Counted from the first letter of the stretch, positions 1 to 11,966 are shown. The stretch is DNA of 45,559 bases from an uncultured Neisseria sp. (GCA_927911515.1 CAKMQH010000186.1:1-45559), one strand, 5' to 3'. A program made the numbers and translations. The notes: generated by a model not told the origin, from the sequence alone.

Positions 1-195
1 CTGATTGTTGAACCAACGGAAATATGTCCCTGCCGTTTTCGTCAGCATACTTTTAGAGTCATCATCCAAAATTTTGGGATAAGTCAAACTAAGCAGTGAA
101 ATCTGGGTCTGAACGGTTGTTTTCTCTGAATTATTAGGAACGTGCAATCTTATTTATATTAAGATTCGGTTTATTGTAAACAGGCGAATTGTGTC

Positions 196-2250
196 ATGAG
201 CGAACATTTGGAAGAGCAGGCTCTGGGCTTGGGTATTGATTTGGGTTTCCACGACATCGGTGGAATTTATCATGAGACCAAGCCCGAGGTTTTGGAAGCG
301 ATTGTTGGGGCTTTGCAGCAGGACGGTTTTTCAGACGACCTTTATACGGATACTTTAGTGGCGCATGAAAACGGTCAGGAATCTTTGCAAATGCCTTCCG
401 AGTTTCGTGGCGCGGCTGAAGTTTGTCTGGGGGACGAAGCGGGCGGACGGCAGGTTTTGGCGTTGAATCATGGCGAAGACGGCGTGCTTTGGGTTGCGCT
501 GCCTGCTTTGGCTTGCGGCTATTACACATTGTTTGCAGAAGTAGAAGGCATTGTCCGCAAGGTACGGCTGGTGGTTGCGCCGCAATCGGTTTATCAGCCG
601 AAGATGCTGGAGTGCGGCTTGCGGATGAACGGGCTGACGACGCATTTGTACAGCCTGCGTTCGCAACGGAACTGGGGGCATCGGGGGATTTTACCGATTT
701 GCTGGATTTGATGGCGTTTGCGGCGGATAAGCAACTGGATTTCGTCGGCATCAATCCGTTGCACGCGCTTTTTAGCGCCAAACCTGCTTTTGCCAGCCCG
801 TACAGCCGTCTTCGCGCGAATGGCTCAATCCGATTTATCTGGATGTGGAGAAGGTTGGCGCATTCTCTTACAACGAAAAGCTGAAAAACTGGCTCAAGCA
901 GCCGAATATCTGCCAGCGCATTGCGGCGTTGCGGATTACGGAAACCGTTGCTTATACGGCGGTTTGGGCGTTTAAGCGCGATGCTTTACAGAAGGCATTT
1001 GATGCGTTTGAAACGACGAATGCGAAGCCGCCGAACAAGAGCGGGCGGCGTTTGATGCCTTTGCCGAAGAACACGGTGAGACTTTGAAAGGCTTCGGCTT
1101 GTTTGAGGCGTTGGATCAGTATTACAACCGCTCCGGCGAAGTAGGTTGGCTGCCTTGGCCGTTGGAGTTTCATGATCCGAATGGCGAGGCGGTTCAGAGA
1201 TTTGCACAGGGACACCGCCGCGAAATCCGTTTTTATATGTGGCTGCAATGGCTTTGCGCGGAGCAGTTGCGCGAAGTGAACGAAGCGGCTGTGGCGCGCG
1301 GCGTGAAGCTCGGGATTTACGGCGATTTGGCGGTCGGCGTGGCACGCGGCAGCGCGGATACTTGGCTTAACCGCGCCGATTATTGTATGGATATGGCGGT
1401 CGGCGCGCCGCCCGATCCGTTCAGCCCAACGGGGCAAAACTGGAATCTGCCGCCGCTCAATCCGATGATGTTGAAGCACACTGGCTATGAGAAGTTCGTC
1501 CGATTGTTGCGTGAAAATATGCGGCTTTACGGCATCTTGCGCATCGATCATGTGATGGCTTTGTGCCGTCTGTGGTGGGTTGCAGGCGAGACGGCGGATT
1601 TCGGCGCGTATGTGCATTACGACGCGGATGTGATGTTTGCCATCCTTGCGCTGGAAAGCCGGCGGAACCAATGCGTCGTTATCGGCGAGGATTTGGGTAC
1701 GGTACCCGACCAAGCGCGGTATTTGCTGAACCGTTATCAGGTGTTTTCTTATAAGGTCGTGTATTTCAGCAAAGGCTGGCACGGCTTTGAATTGCCGGAA
1801 GAATATCCCGAACAGGCGATTACGGTGGTCAGTACGCACGATGTCGCACCCTTGGCGGGCTATTGGACGGGCAAGGATTTGGATTTGATGTTCCGCTTGG
1901 GTACGATTCCCGATGCGGAAACTTTTCAGACGACCTTGGAAGCGCGTGAACACGACAAGGCGGATTTGTTCGATAAGTTGAGACATACAGGCTGCCTGCC
2001 TTCCGATGCCGAGATGTCGTCTGAAACCGACGAAACGCTGCTTACCGCCTTGCACAAATATGCCGCCATGAGCCGCAGCAAACTGTATGCGGTGCAACTG
2101 GAAAACCTGCTGGGCATGAGCGACAACTTGAATGTGCCGGGCGTTTCCGAGGGTTATCCCAACTGGGCGCGCAAAATGCCCGTCGCGCTTGAAGACTTTC
2201 CCCACAACCGCCTGATGGGCGGCCAACTTGCCATGATTGGAGAGGTACGC
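196..2250 (+). CDS. malQ: Amylomaltase (MalQ) moiety of the fusion
   Basis: GH77 motifs spread over ORFs 196-711, 423-884, 845-1087 and 1084 onward; continues in frame into GlgB. Confidence 0.88.
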
Positions 2251-4506
2251 ATGAAGAAAAACAGCCGGATGAAGCCTTATCACGAGCTTGACCAAGTCGA
2301 ACGCGACACGGTCGAAAGCCTGTTTCTCGCCACCCACAGCGATTTGTTTGCCTATTTGGGACGACACCGCCTTGCTGAAGGCGACGAGGTCGTGCGAACC
2401 CTGATTCCGAACGCTTCGGGCGTGGATATTGTCAATCGTGAGAGTGGCGAGGTGATTACGTCGTCTGAAAAAGTCGATGAACGCGGATTCTTCGTTGCCG
2501 TGCTGCCCGATAGCGCGCCCGATTATGCGCTGAATATCCGTTACGCCGAAGATGCCGAGCCTGTACGCGAAGAAGACCCATACCGCTTCGGTTCTGCCCT
2601 GAAGGAAATGGATTCTTGGTTGCTGGCGGAAGGCAAACACCTGCGTCCTTATGAAACTTTGGGTGCGCATTTTGCCGAAGTGGACGGCGTGAAAGGCGTG
2701 AGCTTTGCCGTATGGGCGCCAAACGCGCAGCGCGTGTCCGTCATCGGTGAATTCAACAACTGGGACGGCCGCCGCCACGTCATGCGTTTCCACCGCGACA
2801 ACGGCATTTGGGACATTTTCATCCCCGCCGTCAAACTCAACGCCCTCTACAAATTTGAAATCCGCGATGCCAACGGCGATGTACGGCAAAAAACCGACCC
2901 GTATGCCTTCGGCGCAGAGTTGCGTCCGAATACCGCGTCTGTCGTACGCGGTTTGCCGGACAAAGCGGACGCACCCGATTTCCGCGCCCGCGCCAACGCC
3001 ATTGACGCGCCCATCAGCATTTATGAAGTGCATTTGGGTTCGTGGAAACGCAATCCTGAAAACAACTTCTGGCTGACTTACGAACAGCTCGCCAAAGAAT
3101 TGGTCGCATACGTCAAAGACATGGGCTTCACCCATATCGAATTCCTGCCCGTTTCCGAATATCCGTTTGATGGCTCGTGGGGCTATCAGGCAACCGGATT
3201 GTATGCGCCGACCAGCCGTTTCGGTTCGCCCGACGAGTTGCGCGCCCTGATTAAAGCCGCCCACGACGAAGGCATCGGCGTCATCCTCGACTGGGTGGTC
3301 GGACACTTCCCGACCGACGACCACGGGCTTGCCAAGTTTGACGGCACCGCGCTGTACGAACACGCCGACCCGCGCGAAGGCTACCACCAAGACTGGAACA
3401 CCCTGATTTACAACTTCGGCAGGAACGAAGTCAAAAACTTCCTGCAAGGCAATGCCCTGTATTGGATAGAGCGTTTCGGTTTCGACGGTATCCGCGTGGA
3501 TGCCGTCGCCTCCATGATTTACCGCAACTACTCGCGCAAAGACGGCGAATGGATACCCAACCAATACGGCGGCCATGAAAACCTCGAGGCCATCGCCTTC
3601 CTGCGCGATACCAACACCATGCTGAAAGAGGTCGTCCCGTCTGCCACCGAAATCGCCGAAGAATCCACCTCGTTCGCCAACGTAACCCGCCAAGAAGGCT
3701 TGAATTTCAGCTACAAATGGAACATGGGCTGGATGAACGACACCTTGCGCTACATGATGGAAGACCCCATCAACCGCAAATACCACCACAACAAAATGAC
3801 CTTCGGCATGATGTACCAATACAGCGAAAACTTCGTCCTGCCGCTCTCGCACGACGAAGTCGTACACGGCAAACGCTCGCTGCTCGGACGGATGCCCGGC
3901 GACTGCTGGCAGCAATTCGCCAACCTGCGCGCCTACTACGGCTTCATGTACGGCTTCCCCGGCAAAAAACTCCTGTTTATGGGTAACGAGTTCGCGCAAG
4001 GCAGAGAGTGGAATTACAACGAAGGACTGGATTGGTTCCTGCTCGACCAAGAAGGCGGCTGGCACAAAGGCGTACAAAACTTCGTGCGCGATTTGAACCG
4101 CGTCTATAAAGACACCGCGCCGCTTTACCAGCTCGACCAATGGTCGGAAGGCTTCGAATGGCTGGTCGCCGACGACGGCAATAATTCCGTCTTCGTCTTC
4201 GAACGCCGCGACCGCGAAGGCAACCGCGTCATCGTCATCAGCAACTTCACGCCCGTCGTCCACGACAGCTACCGCTTCGGCGTGAACGAAGCCGGCGAAT
4301 ACCGCGAAATCCTCAATTCAGACGACCCCGGCTACAACGGCAGCGGCGTATCCGCAGGACAAGCCCTGAAAACCGAAGAAATCTGGTCACACGGCAAACC
4401 CAACTCGCTCGCCGTCAAAGTACCGCCGCTGGCAACGGTTTACCTTTACAAAGCTGCTGAACAGAGCGCAATAGAGGCAGTAGATCAAGTAAAAGGCGAA
4501 GCGTGA
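196..4506 (+). CDS. glgB: Fused 4-alpha-glucanotransferase (GH77 amylomaltase) / 1,4-alpha-glucan branching enzyme (GH13); the 5' part is broken by about 4 single-base indels
   Basis: ORF 1084-4506 runs without a stop from MalQ motifs ([34 protein letters not shown]) into GlgB motifs ([50 protein letters not shown]). Upstream fragments from 196 supply LYSLRS-NWG-GDF and GINPLH-SPYS; indels near 677-687, 808 and 1015. Confidence 0.9.
2239..2253 (+). promoter_or_regulatory. Internal Shine-Dalgarno plus in-frame ATG at the MalQ/GlgB junction
   Basis: GGAGAGG (2239-2245), 5-nt spacer, ATG at 2251 in frame with glgB. Confidence 0.55.
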
Positions 4507-4566
4507 GCTTGAACTGAACTTGGTTTTAAACATATCAAGACAAGTTCAAACCAACCGCTTTGCTTT

Positions 4567-4602
4567 TTCAGACGACCTTTTGAGCTAGAGAGGTCGTCTG
4601 AA
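4567..4602. terminator. Inverted DUS-pair hairpin after glgB
   Basis: TTCAGACGACCT(N12)AGGTCGTCTGAA followed by a T-run. Confidence 0.75.
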
Positions 4603-5010
4603 ATTTTTTGGGCGTAGGGGATAAGGTTTATTTTCCATATTCGTTAATGTTTGCGTTGCAATTTTTAAGCGAGCCGGAATATCGGCAAACCGTCCAAACC
4701 GCTTTTCAATCATTCTCGGTTTGCAGGGTTTCTATTTATTTCAATGATTTTTCACGAACCTTCCGAAACTGTATTTTCAGACGACCTGTCGAACGTAAAA
4801 CAATTTAACTATCGGATTTTAATGATAATTGGGAGCTTGGCTGCATTGAAGGCGGGGGCGGTTTGTTATATAGTGAAATAAAAAAACAGACAGGATGATT
4901 GAGTCGGGGCGTTTTGCATGATTTCTAAAATAAGAGTTGGTTGGCATTTGTATCGGGCAGAGTTCGGATGATGCGTTGACGGTTGACGGCAGCGTCCGCA
5001 GGCAGCCTGA

Positions 5011-5169
5011 TATAGTGGATTAACAAAAATCAGGATAAGGCGACGAAGCCGCAGACGACAGTACAGATAGTACGGAACCGATTCACTTGGTGCTTCAGCA
5101 CCTTAGAGAATCCTTCTCTTTGAGCTAAGGCGAGGCAACGCCGTACTGGTTTAAAGTCAATCCACTATA
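5011..5169. mobile_element. Correia repeat-enclosed element (CREE/nemis MITE), long form
   Basis: Termini TATAGTGGATTAA...TCAATCCACTATA and typical core GCCGCAGAC..AGTACAGATAGTACGGAACCGATTCACTTGGTGCTTCAGCACCTTAGAGAATC. Confidence 0.95.
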
Positions 5170-5246
5170 TTTCAGAAGATTTTTGTTTCATTTGAGTCTT
5201 GGATATTTGTCCTATGACAACAATACAGGCAGATGAGGTGAAGATA

Positions 5247-5885
5247 ATGAACGGTGTAACCAGTGCGCAATTTATTTCCGCAGGCATTTGTTTTTATCCT
5301 AGATGCGGCTACAAGCGGCTGTCGGAGCAGGCGATCGCAGAGCATTTGAATTCGAATTTGGAAACGTTCAACAGGATGTTTGCCGACAAAGACGAATTTG
5401 TGAAGGCGATGTTGATCGAATACAGCAATCGGGCTTTGGGGCGGGTGTCGTTCGATTTTGCCCAAAATATCGAAGATACGGAGCGGCTGTATCAAATTGT
5501 CTGGCGGCTGGCGGTAACGATACGCGAGCATTTGGCGTGGATACACAGGATGTTGCTGGACAGCGAAGAAGGCGTGGATTTGATTACCAAAGCGTTGAAA
5601 AAGCAGCATAAGATGCTTGCCTACGGGATGATCCGGCACATCAGGGCGTGCGACGGCAGGGAGGGTGTGTCGGAATTGGAATTATTGAATCAGTTTGAGT
5701 TTCTCAATGGCGCGGTTATCTCGCCGATGATTATGAACACGCGTTACCGTATGTTGGGGATACTGACTGATGAGATGAACGGGCGGCATGAGGATTTGCT
5801 GACCGATTCGTCCATCCACCAAAGGATAGATTGGGCGTTTGCCGCGCTGTTTCCGCAATACCGCCTTAAGGCGCGCCCGTTTTGA
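5247..5885 (+). CDS. TetR/AcrR-like regulator with a degenerate HTH
   Basis: N-terminal pattern FYPRCGYKRLSEQAIAEHL..TFNRMFADKDEF resembles the TetR N-domain; SD GAGGTG precedes ATG 5247 (the ORF track starts at 5199). Confidence 0.65.
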   Translation: MNGVTSAQFISAGICFYPRCGYKRLSEQAIAEHLNSNLETFNRMFADKDEFVKAMLIEYSNRALGRVSFDFAQNIEDTERLYQIVWRLAVTIREHLAWIHRMLLDSEEGVDLITKALKKQHKMLAYGMIRHIRACDGREGVSELELLNQFEFLNGAVISPMIMNTRYRMLGILTDEMNGRHEDLLTDSSIHQRIDWAFAALFPQYRLKARPF

Positions 5886-5905
5886 TGATTAAGGTGTAAC
5901 GCAAC

Positions 5906-6960
5906 ATGAAAAAAGCTGTTATTGCTTCTCTTGCCGTCGCGCTGGTTGCGGGCGGTGCGTGGTATGTCCTTCAAAACCAAAAAGAAACTTTGCCTGCATG
6001 GATCGCGCAATCCAACGGGCGGCTGGAACTGAACCGCATCGATGTCGCCAGCCTGTATCCGGGGCGGGTGAAGGCGGTTTTGGTGGAAGAGGGCGCGGAT
6101 GTGAATGAGGGCGATATTCTGGCGGAACTGTCGTCTGAAACCAGCAGCAGCCGTTTGGAAGAGGCTAGGGCGGCGGAATTGCGGCAAGAAGAGGCGGTAG
6201 GTCGCGCCAAAGCCGCCGAAGCGCAGATGAAGCAGACGGTTGCGCGCGCGCAGGCGAATGTGGACGCGAACAGGCAGCAGCTGCGCGTGGCGAAGATGGA
6301 GCTGGACAATGCGCGCAAATTGCTTGCCGACCAGCTGGTGTCGCAATCGGAAGTAACCAAACGTCAGGCGGATTATGAGCGCGCTGTTGCAGCGGTCAAA
6401 GCGGCAGAAGCGGCGCGGGACGAGGCGCGGGCAACGGTGGCGCAAAGTGCCGCTGCTCAAGCGGAAGCACGTGCCGGTGTGGAACAGGCGAGGGCAGCAG
6501 TCAAATCGGCTACATCCGCCAACGATGATATGAATATCCGCGCGCCGATAGCGGGCAGGGTGGAATACACCATTGCGGAAGCGGGCAACGTGGTCGCGGC
6601 AGGTTCGAAAGTGGTCAGCCTGCTTGATCCTGCCGATGTTTCAATGAATATTTTTCTGCCGACCGACAGCATAAGTCGTCTGAAAGTCAATGATGAGGCG
6701 CGTATCCGTTTGGACGGCATTGATGCGGTGTTCCCCGCCAAAATCAAATTCATCGCGATGGACGCGCAATTTACGCCAAGTCGGTGGAAACGGTCGATGA
6801 ACGCGCGAAGCTGATGTTTAAAGTGAAATTGCAAGTGCCGCGCGAGACGGCGGTGAAATACAACCGTCTGCTGAAAGGCGGGCTGACGGGCAACGGTTTT
6901 GTGAAAACCGACGACAAAGGGGCATGGCCCGCCGAGCTGGCGGTGAGGTTGCCGAATTAG
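5906..6960 (+). CDS. HlyD/YhiI-family membrane fusion (efflux adaptor) protein; frameshift near 6777
   Basis: N-terminal TM, SNGRLE..DVASLYPGRV, Ala-rich coiled coil, IRAPIAGRV, then AQFTP(K)SVETVDERAKLMFKVK continuing in the shifted frame to TAG 6958-6960. Confidence 0.85.
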
Positions 6961-7007
6961 CATCTGACGGATTCGGACGGCCTTGATATGAAAACAAAGA
7001 TTTATGG

Positions 7008-7060
7008 TTGAAAGAGGTCGTCTGAAAACGGGATTTCATTTTTCAGACGACCTCTTTCAA
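7008..7060. terminator. 21-bp perfect inverted repeat built on a DUS pair
   Basis: TTGAAAGAGGTCGTCTGAAAA ... TTTTCAGACGACCTCTTTCAA between the HlyD gene and glgX. Confidence 0.75.
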
Positions 7061-7139
7061 TTTGAGTATCACCCCTATAAAAAGAATACCTATCCGGAAA
7101 CGCAGCCAAACGCGTTTCCATCAAATCAGGACAAATAAA

Positions 7140-9140
7140 ATGAAAACCAAAACATGGCGCATTGAAGAAGGTGCGCCTTATCCGATGGGCGTGTCGCTGA
7201 CTGAGGAAGGGGCGAATTTTGCGCTGTTTTCCATCCATGCCGAAAAAAGTCGAGCTGTGTCTCTTTGACAAGGGAAAGGAAACCCGTTTGGAAATGCCTT
7301 CGCGGCGCGGGTCAGTGTTTTACGGCTTTGTGCCGGAGATCGGAGCAGGGCAGCAGTATGGTTTTCGTGTTTACGGACGCGCTGATGCGCCGGGTGGCTC
7401 GTGTTTCAATCCGAACAAATTGTTGATTGACCCGTATTCAAAAAAAATCGACGGTAAGCCGAGTTATCGGGATGATGAGGAAATGGCGTGGTTTCGTCCG
7501 GAAGACGGACGGGACAATGCGGCGATGGCGCCCAAAAGCGTGGTGGTGGGCGATGATGATTTTGATTGGGGCGACGACCGCCGTCCGAATCATCCGTGGG
7601 GCAGGACGGTAGTGTATGAAGCCCATGTGAAAGGGTTTACCAAGCAGTTCCCCGATTTGGAGCACGCGGGAACGTATCAAGCGCTGACCGACCCGCGCGT
7701 GATTGATTATTTGAAAAATTTGGGCGTGACCACCGTCGAGCTGCTGCCGATACACCAGCATTTGGACGAATACCACCTGCAAAAAATGGGCTTGAGCAAT
7801 TATTGGGGCTACAACACTTATTCTCATTTTGCCGTCGAGCCGTCTTATGCCGCAGATGCCGAACGCGCGGCGGAGGAGTTCAAGCAAGCCGTCAAAACCT
7901 TGCACCAAGCAGGTTTGGAAGTGATTTGGATGTCGTATACAACCATACCGCCGAGCAGGATGAAAAAGGTCCGATGCTGTGCCAGCGCGGCATAGACAAT
8001 CCTTTGTGGTATTGGCTGAAGCCTGACGGCAGCTATGAAAATTGGTCGGGCTGCGGCAATACGCTGAACATCGTCCGCCGCGACGTAACCCGTTGGGCGG
8101 CGGACAGCCTGCGCTATTGGGCGGAGGAGTTTCATGTGGACGGTTTCCGCTTCGACTTGGGAACGGTATTGGGGCGCGAACCCGATTTTCAGGCTTACGG
8201 ACGCTTTTTTCAGGTGGTGTACCAAGACCCCGTGTTGGCACGTTGCAAACTGATTGTCGAAGCGTGGGACATTGGCGAGGGCGGCTATCACTTGGGCAAT
8301 TTCCCGCAGCCTTTTGCCGAGTGGAACGGACGTTTCCGCGACGATATGCGCGCGTTTTGGGTGTGGGAAAGCGGCAATTTGGGCGCGTTTGCCGAACGTC
8401 TGGCAGGGTCGTCTGATATTTTCAACCACAGTGGCCGCCATCCTTCCGCCAGCATCAATTTCATCACTGCGCATGACGGCTTCACACTGCACGATTTGGT
8501 CAGCTACAACGAAAAACACAACCACGCCAACGGCGAAGACAACCGCGACGGGCATAACGAAAACATCAGTTACAACCACGGCATTGAAGGCGAAACCGAA
8601 GATGCGGCGGTTTTGGAAGACCGCTCCTACACCGCCAAAGCCTTGCTTGCCTCGCTGTTCCTTGCCAACGGTACGCCGATGCTGCTGGCGGGCGACGAGT
8701 TCGGCAACAGCCAACAGGGCAACAACAACAGTTATTGTCAGGACAACCCGATTACTTGGCTGGATTGGCATCGGGCGGACGAAGTATTGCAAGGTTATAC
8801 GCGCGAGTTAATCCGCCTGCGTCAAGAAATTAAATTACTGGGCGATGACGTCTGGTGGGAAAAAGAGCGCGTCGGCTGGCTTAATGCGGAAGGCGAACCG
8901 ATGAGCGAGCTTGGCTGGCACAATCGCAGCGCTAAAGCCATTCAGATTATACTGGACGATGAGTGGCTGCTGTTGGTCAACGCCAAACGTAGTCAACAGT
9001 TATTTAACCTGCCTCAAGGAAGTTGGCAGCTTTCTTGCGTACCATCTGAGAAGTTTAATTACAATGAAAACGGCAAGCTGACAGTCGAACATATGGGTAT
9101 TTGGGTTTTGCATCGTACAAACGCATCACCGAATAAGTAA
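7140..9140 (+). CDS. glgX: Glycogen debranching enzyme; frameshifts near 7248 and 7927
   Basis: GAPYPMG, NFALFS, VYEAHVKGFT, NYWGYNT, DVVYNHTAE, DGFRFDL, INFITAHDGFTL, GNNNSYCQDN across ORFs 7062, 7219 and 7803. Confidence 0.93.
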
Positions 9141-9297
9141 TACTTTTTAGCTAGTTAGATGTTTTTAAGAGAAAAACCTGTTATTCATGCTGTCTCAGTT
9201 ATAATGCTGAAGATTAGTAATAAATTTACTTGATTGACTTTGCTTGACGGAAAATAAAGACATACGGCTTTTCAGACGACCCCAGACCGTCAGAAGA

Positions 9298-9404
9298 TAT
9301 AGTGGATTAAATTTAAATCAGGACAAGGCGACGAAGCCGCAGACAGTACAGATAGTACGGCAAGGCGAGGTAACGCCGTCCTGGTTTAAAGTTAATCCAC
9401 TATA
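9298..9404. mobile_element. Correia element, short (internally deleted) form
   Basis: TATAGTGGATTAAATTTAAA...TTTAAAGTTAATCCACTATA, 107 bp, lacking the central segment of the long form. Confidence 0.95.
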
Positions 9405-9458
9405 CAAACCGATAAATTCCCCGCTTCATCACCCCATCCTCAACAGAGAAAGGCTATC

Positions 9459-11939
9459 ATGGCTAAGAAAAAACAACCCATTTCAGGTTTTGATTACGTC
9501 ATGCCGAAACCGGATGCCGAAACCATCCGCAAGTCCATCGTCTATAAATTGATTTTCATTTTGGGCGTCGATCCGAAAGAGGCGACCGAACACCAATGGC
9601 TCAACGCCGCCATGCTCGCCGCGCGCGACCTGATTGCCGAAGATTTCCTGCAAACCCGCCGCGCCCACATCGACAACGGCAAACGCATGGTTTACTACCT
9701 TTCCATGGAATTTCTGTTGGGACGCGCCTTCGTCAACGCTTTGATTAACGAAGGCGTTTATGCCGAATTTGAAGAGGCGTTCAAACAATTGGGCAAAGAG
9801 TTCGCCGATGTCTGCGAACAAGAACAAGACCCCGGCTTGGGCAACGGCGGTTTGGGTCGCTTGGCAGCCTGCTTCCTCGACTCGCTCGCCACCTTGCGCA
9901 TTCCCGCCATGGGCTACGGCATCCGCTATCAATACGGTATGTTCAAACAAGAAATCGTGGACGGTCAGCAAGTCGAAAAACCCGATTTGTGGCTCGACCA
10001 AGATTTGGCATGGCAGATCGGCCGTCCGAACAAACAATATGCCGTCAGCTTCGGCGGGCAGGTCATCAATATGGGCGAGAAAAAAGAATGGCATCCGAGC
10101 GAAGAGATTTCGGCGATGGCATATGATGAAATCATCCCCGGCTACGGCGGCGATATTGCCAACCCGTTGCGCCTGTGGACGGCACACGCCGGTAACCGCT
10201 TCGATTTGGCAGACTTCAACCGCGGCGATTACGCTTCCGCCGTCCGCGCGCAAAACAGCGACGAAAACATCTCGCGCGTCCTCTATCCGAACGACTCCAC
10301 CGACAGCGGCCGCGAACTGCGCCTGAAACAGGAATATTTCCTGGTTTCTGCATCCGTACAAGACATCGTGGCGCGCCACAAATGCCGTTTCCCCAGCATC
10401 AAAAACCTTGCCGACAAAGTCGCCATCCATCTGAACGACACCCACCCCGTGCTGGCGATTCCCGAGCTGATGCGCATCCTGATTGACGAAGAAGGCATCG
10501 CATGGACCGAAGCATGGAATATGTGCTGCAAGATTTTCTCTTACACCAACCACACCCTGATGAGCGAAGCCTTGGAAACTTGGCCGGTCGATTTAATGGG
10601 CCGCCTGCTGCCGCGCCATTTGGACATCATCTTTGAAATCAACGCCTACTTCCTGAACGCCCTGCGCGCCATCGGCAACTTCGACGACGACTTCGTCCGC
10701 CGCGTATCCATCATTGATGAGACCCACGGCCGCCGCGTCCGCATGGCATGGCTGGCAGTCATCGGTTCGCACAAAGTCAACGGCGTGGCGAAAATCCACT
10801 CCGACCTGATGACGGCTTCCATCTTCGCCGACTTTGCCAAAGTGTTCCCCGAACGCTTTACCAACGTAACCAACGGCGTAACCCCGCGCCGCTGGATCAA
10901 CATTGCTAATCCCGAACTGACCCGCTTCCTCGATAAACATTTGGGCGAACAAGACTGGCGTCTGCATCTGGACAATCTGACCAAGCTCAACGAAAAAGTT
11001 GACGATGCAAGCGTGCAGGCAGAATTCGGCGCAGTGAAAAAAGCCGCCAAAGAACGCCTCGCCAAATACATCGAAACCGAATTGGGCATCAAGGTCAACA
11101 CAGACGCGCTGTTTGACATTCAAATCAAACGCATCCACGAATACAAACGCCAGGCATTGAATTTGATGCACATCGTCGACCGCTACAACAAAATCTTGGA
11201 AAACCCTGATTTCGACTGGCAGCCGCGCGTCTTCATCTTCTCCGGTAAAGCCGCATCCGCCTACTACATGGCGAAAAAAATCATCCGCCTGATTAACGAT
11301 GTAGCGAAAACCATCAACAACGACGAACGCATCCGCGATTTGATTAAAGTCGTCTATATCCCGAATTACAGCGTCAGCCTCGCCCAAATCATCATTCCCG
11401 CCGCCGATTTGCACGAACAAATCTCACTGGCAGGTACGGAGGCATCGGGCACCAGCAACATGAAATTCGCACTCAACGGCGCGCTCTGCATGGGTACGCT
11501 GGACGGCGCAAACGTCGAAATTCTAGAAAAGGTCGGTGCGGACAATTGTTTCATCTTCGGTAACACCGTCGAGCAAGTGGAAGAAATCTGCCGTAACGGT
11601 TACGACCCGTTAAGCTACATCGAGCGCGACAACGACCTGCGCCGCGTCGTCAACCAAATCAGCAACGGCACGTTCTCACCGGAAGAGCCGAACCGCTACA
11701 ACGACGTCCTGCAACCTTACGGCGATTTCTATCAACTGATGGCGGATTTCCGCAGCTACATCGACACGCAATACAAAGCGGACGAACACTACCGCGATGT
11801 TGTCGCGTGGCGTAAATCCTCCTTGATTAACATCGCCAATATGGGCTTCTTCTCATCCGACCGATCCATCGCCGACTACTGCCGCGATATTTGGTACATC
11901 CAGCCGCTGACTTTGAAAGAGCTGCCTAAGCACCAATAA
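9459..11939 (+). CDS. glgP: Glycogen/maltodextrin phosphorylase
   Basis: Intact 826-aa ORF with [36 protein letters not shown] and the PLP-lysine motif [10 protein letters not shown]. Confidence 0.96.
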   Translation: MAKKKQPISGFDYVMPKPDAETIRKSIVYKLIFILGVDPKEATEHQWLNAAMLAARDLIAEDFLQTRRAHIDNGKRMVYYLSMEFLLGRAFVNALINEGVYAEFEEAFKQLGKEFADVCEQEQDPGLGNGGLGRLAACFLDSLATLRIPAMGYGIRYQYGMFKQEIVDGQQVEKPDLWLDQDLAWQIGRPNKQYAVSFGGQVINMGEKKEWHPSEEISAMAYDEIIPGYGGDIANPLRLWTAHAGNRFDLADFNRGDYASAVRAQNSDENISRVLYPNDSTDSGRELRLKQEYFLVSASVQDIVARHKCRFPSIKNLADKVAIHLNDTHPVLAIPELMRILIDEEGIAWTEAWNMCCKIFSYTNHTLMSEALETWPVDLMGRLLPRHLDIIFEINAYFLNALRAIGNFDDDFVRRVSIIDETHGRRVRMAWLAVIGSHKVNGVAKIHSDLMTASIFADFAKVFPERFTNVTNGVTPRRWINIANPELTRFLDKHLGEQDWRLHLDNLTKLNEKVDDASVQAEFGAVKKAAKERLAKYIETELGIKVNTDALFDIQIKRIHEYKRQALNLMHIVDRYNKILENPDFDWQPRVFIFSGKAASAYYMAKKIIRLINDVAKTINNDERIRDLIKVVYIPNYSVSLAQIIIPAADLHEQISLAGTEASGTSNMKFALNGALCMGTLDGANVEILEKVGADNCFIFGNTVEQVEEICRNGYDPLSYIERDNDLRRVVNQISNGTFSPEEPNRYNDVLQPYGDFYQLMADFRSYIDTQYKADEHYRDVVAWRKSSLINIANMGFFSSDRSIADYCRDIWYIQPLTLKELPKHQ

Positions 11940-11966
11940 GGCTAATATGAATGAAGCAGTGAACGC

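Noticed and set aside
952..4263. 1103-aa antisense ORF
   Set aside because: Shadow of malQ-glgB caused by codon bias; no recognisable motifs.
4608..4808. 66-aa ORF after glgB
   Set aside because: TTG start, no RBS, DUS-derived residues, no motif.
4815..4840. Fur-box-like AATGATAAT upstream of the TetR-like gene
   Set aside because: Only a half-site match in AT-rich DNA.
9244..9552. 102-aa ORF upstream of glgP
   Set aside because: Translates through DUS and Correia DNA; spurious.
7845..11420. Long antisense ORFs over glgX and glgP
   Set aside because: Lie opposite well-supported genes with no independent signals.
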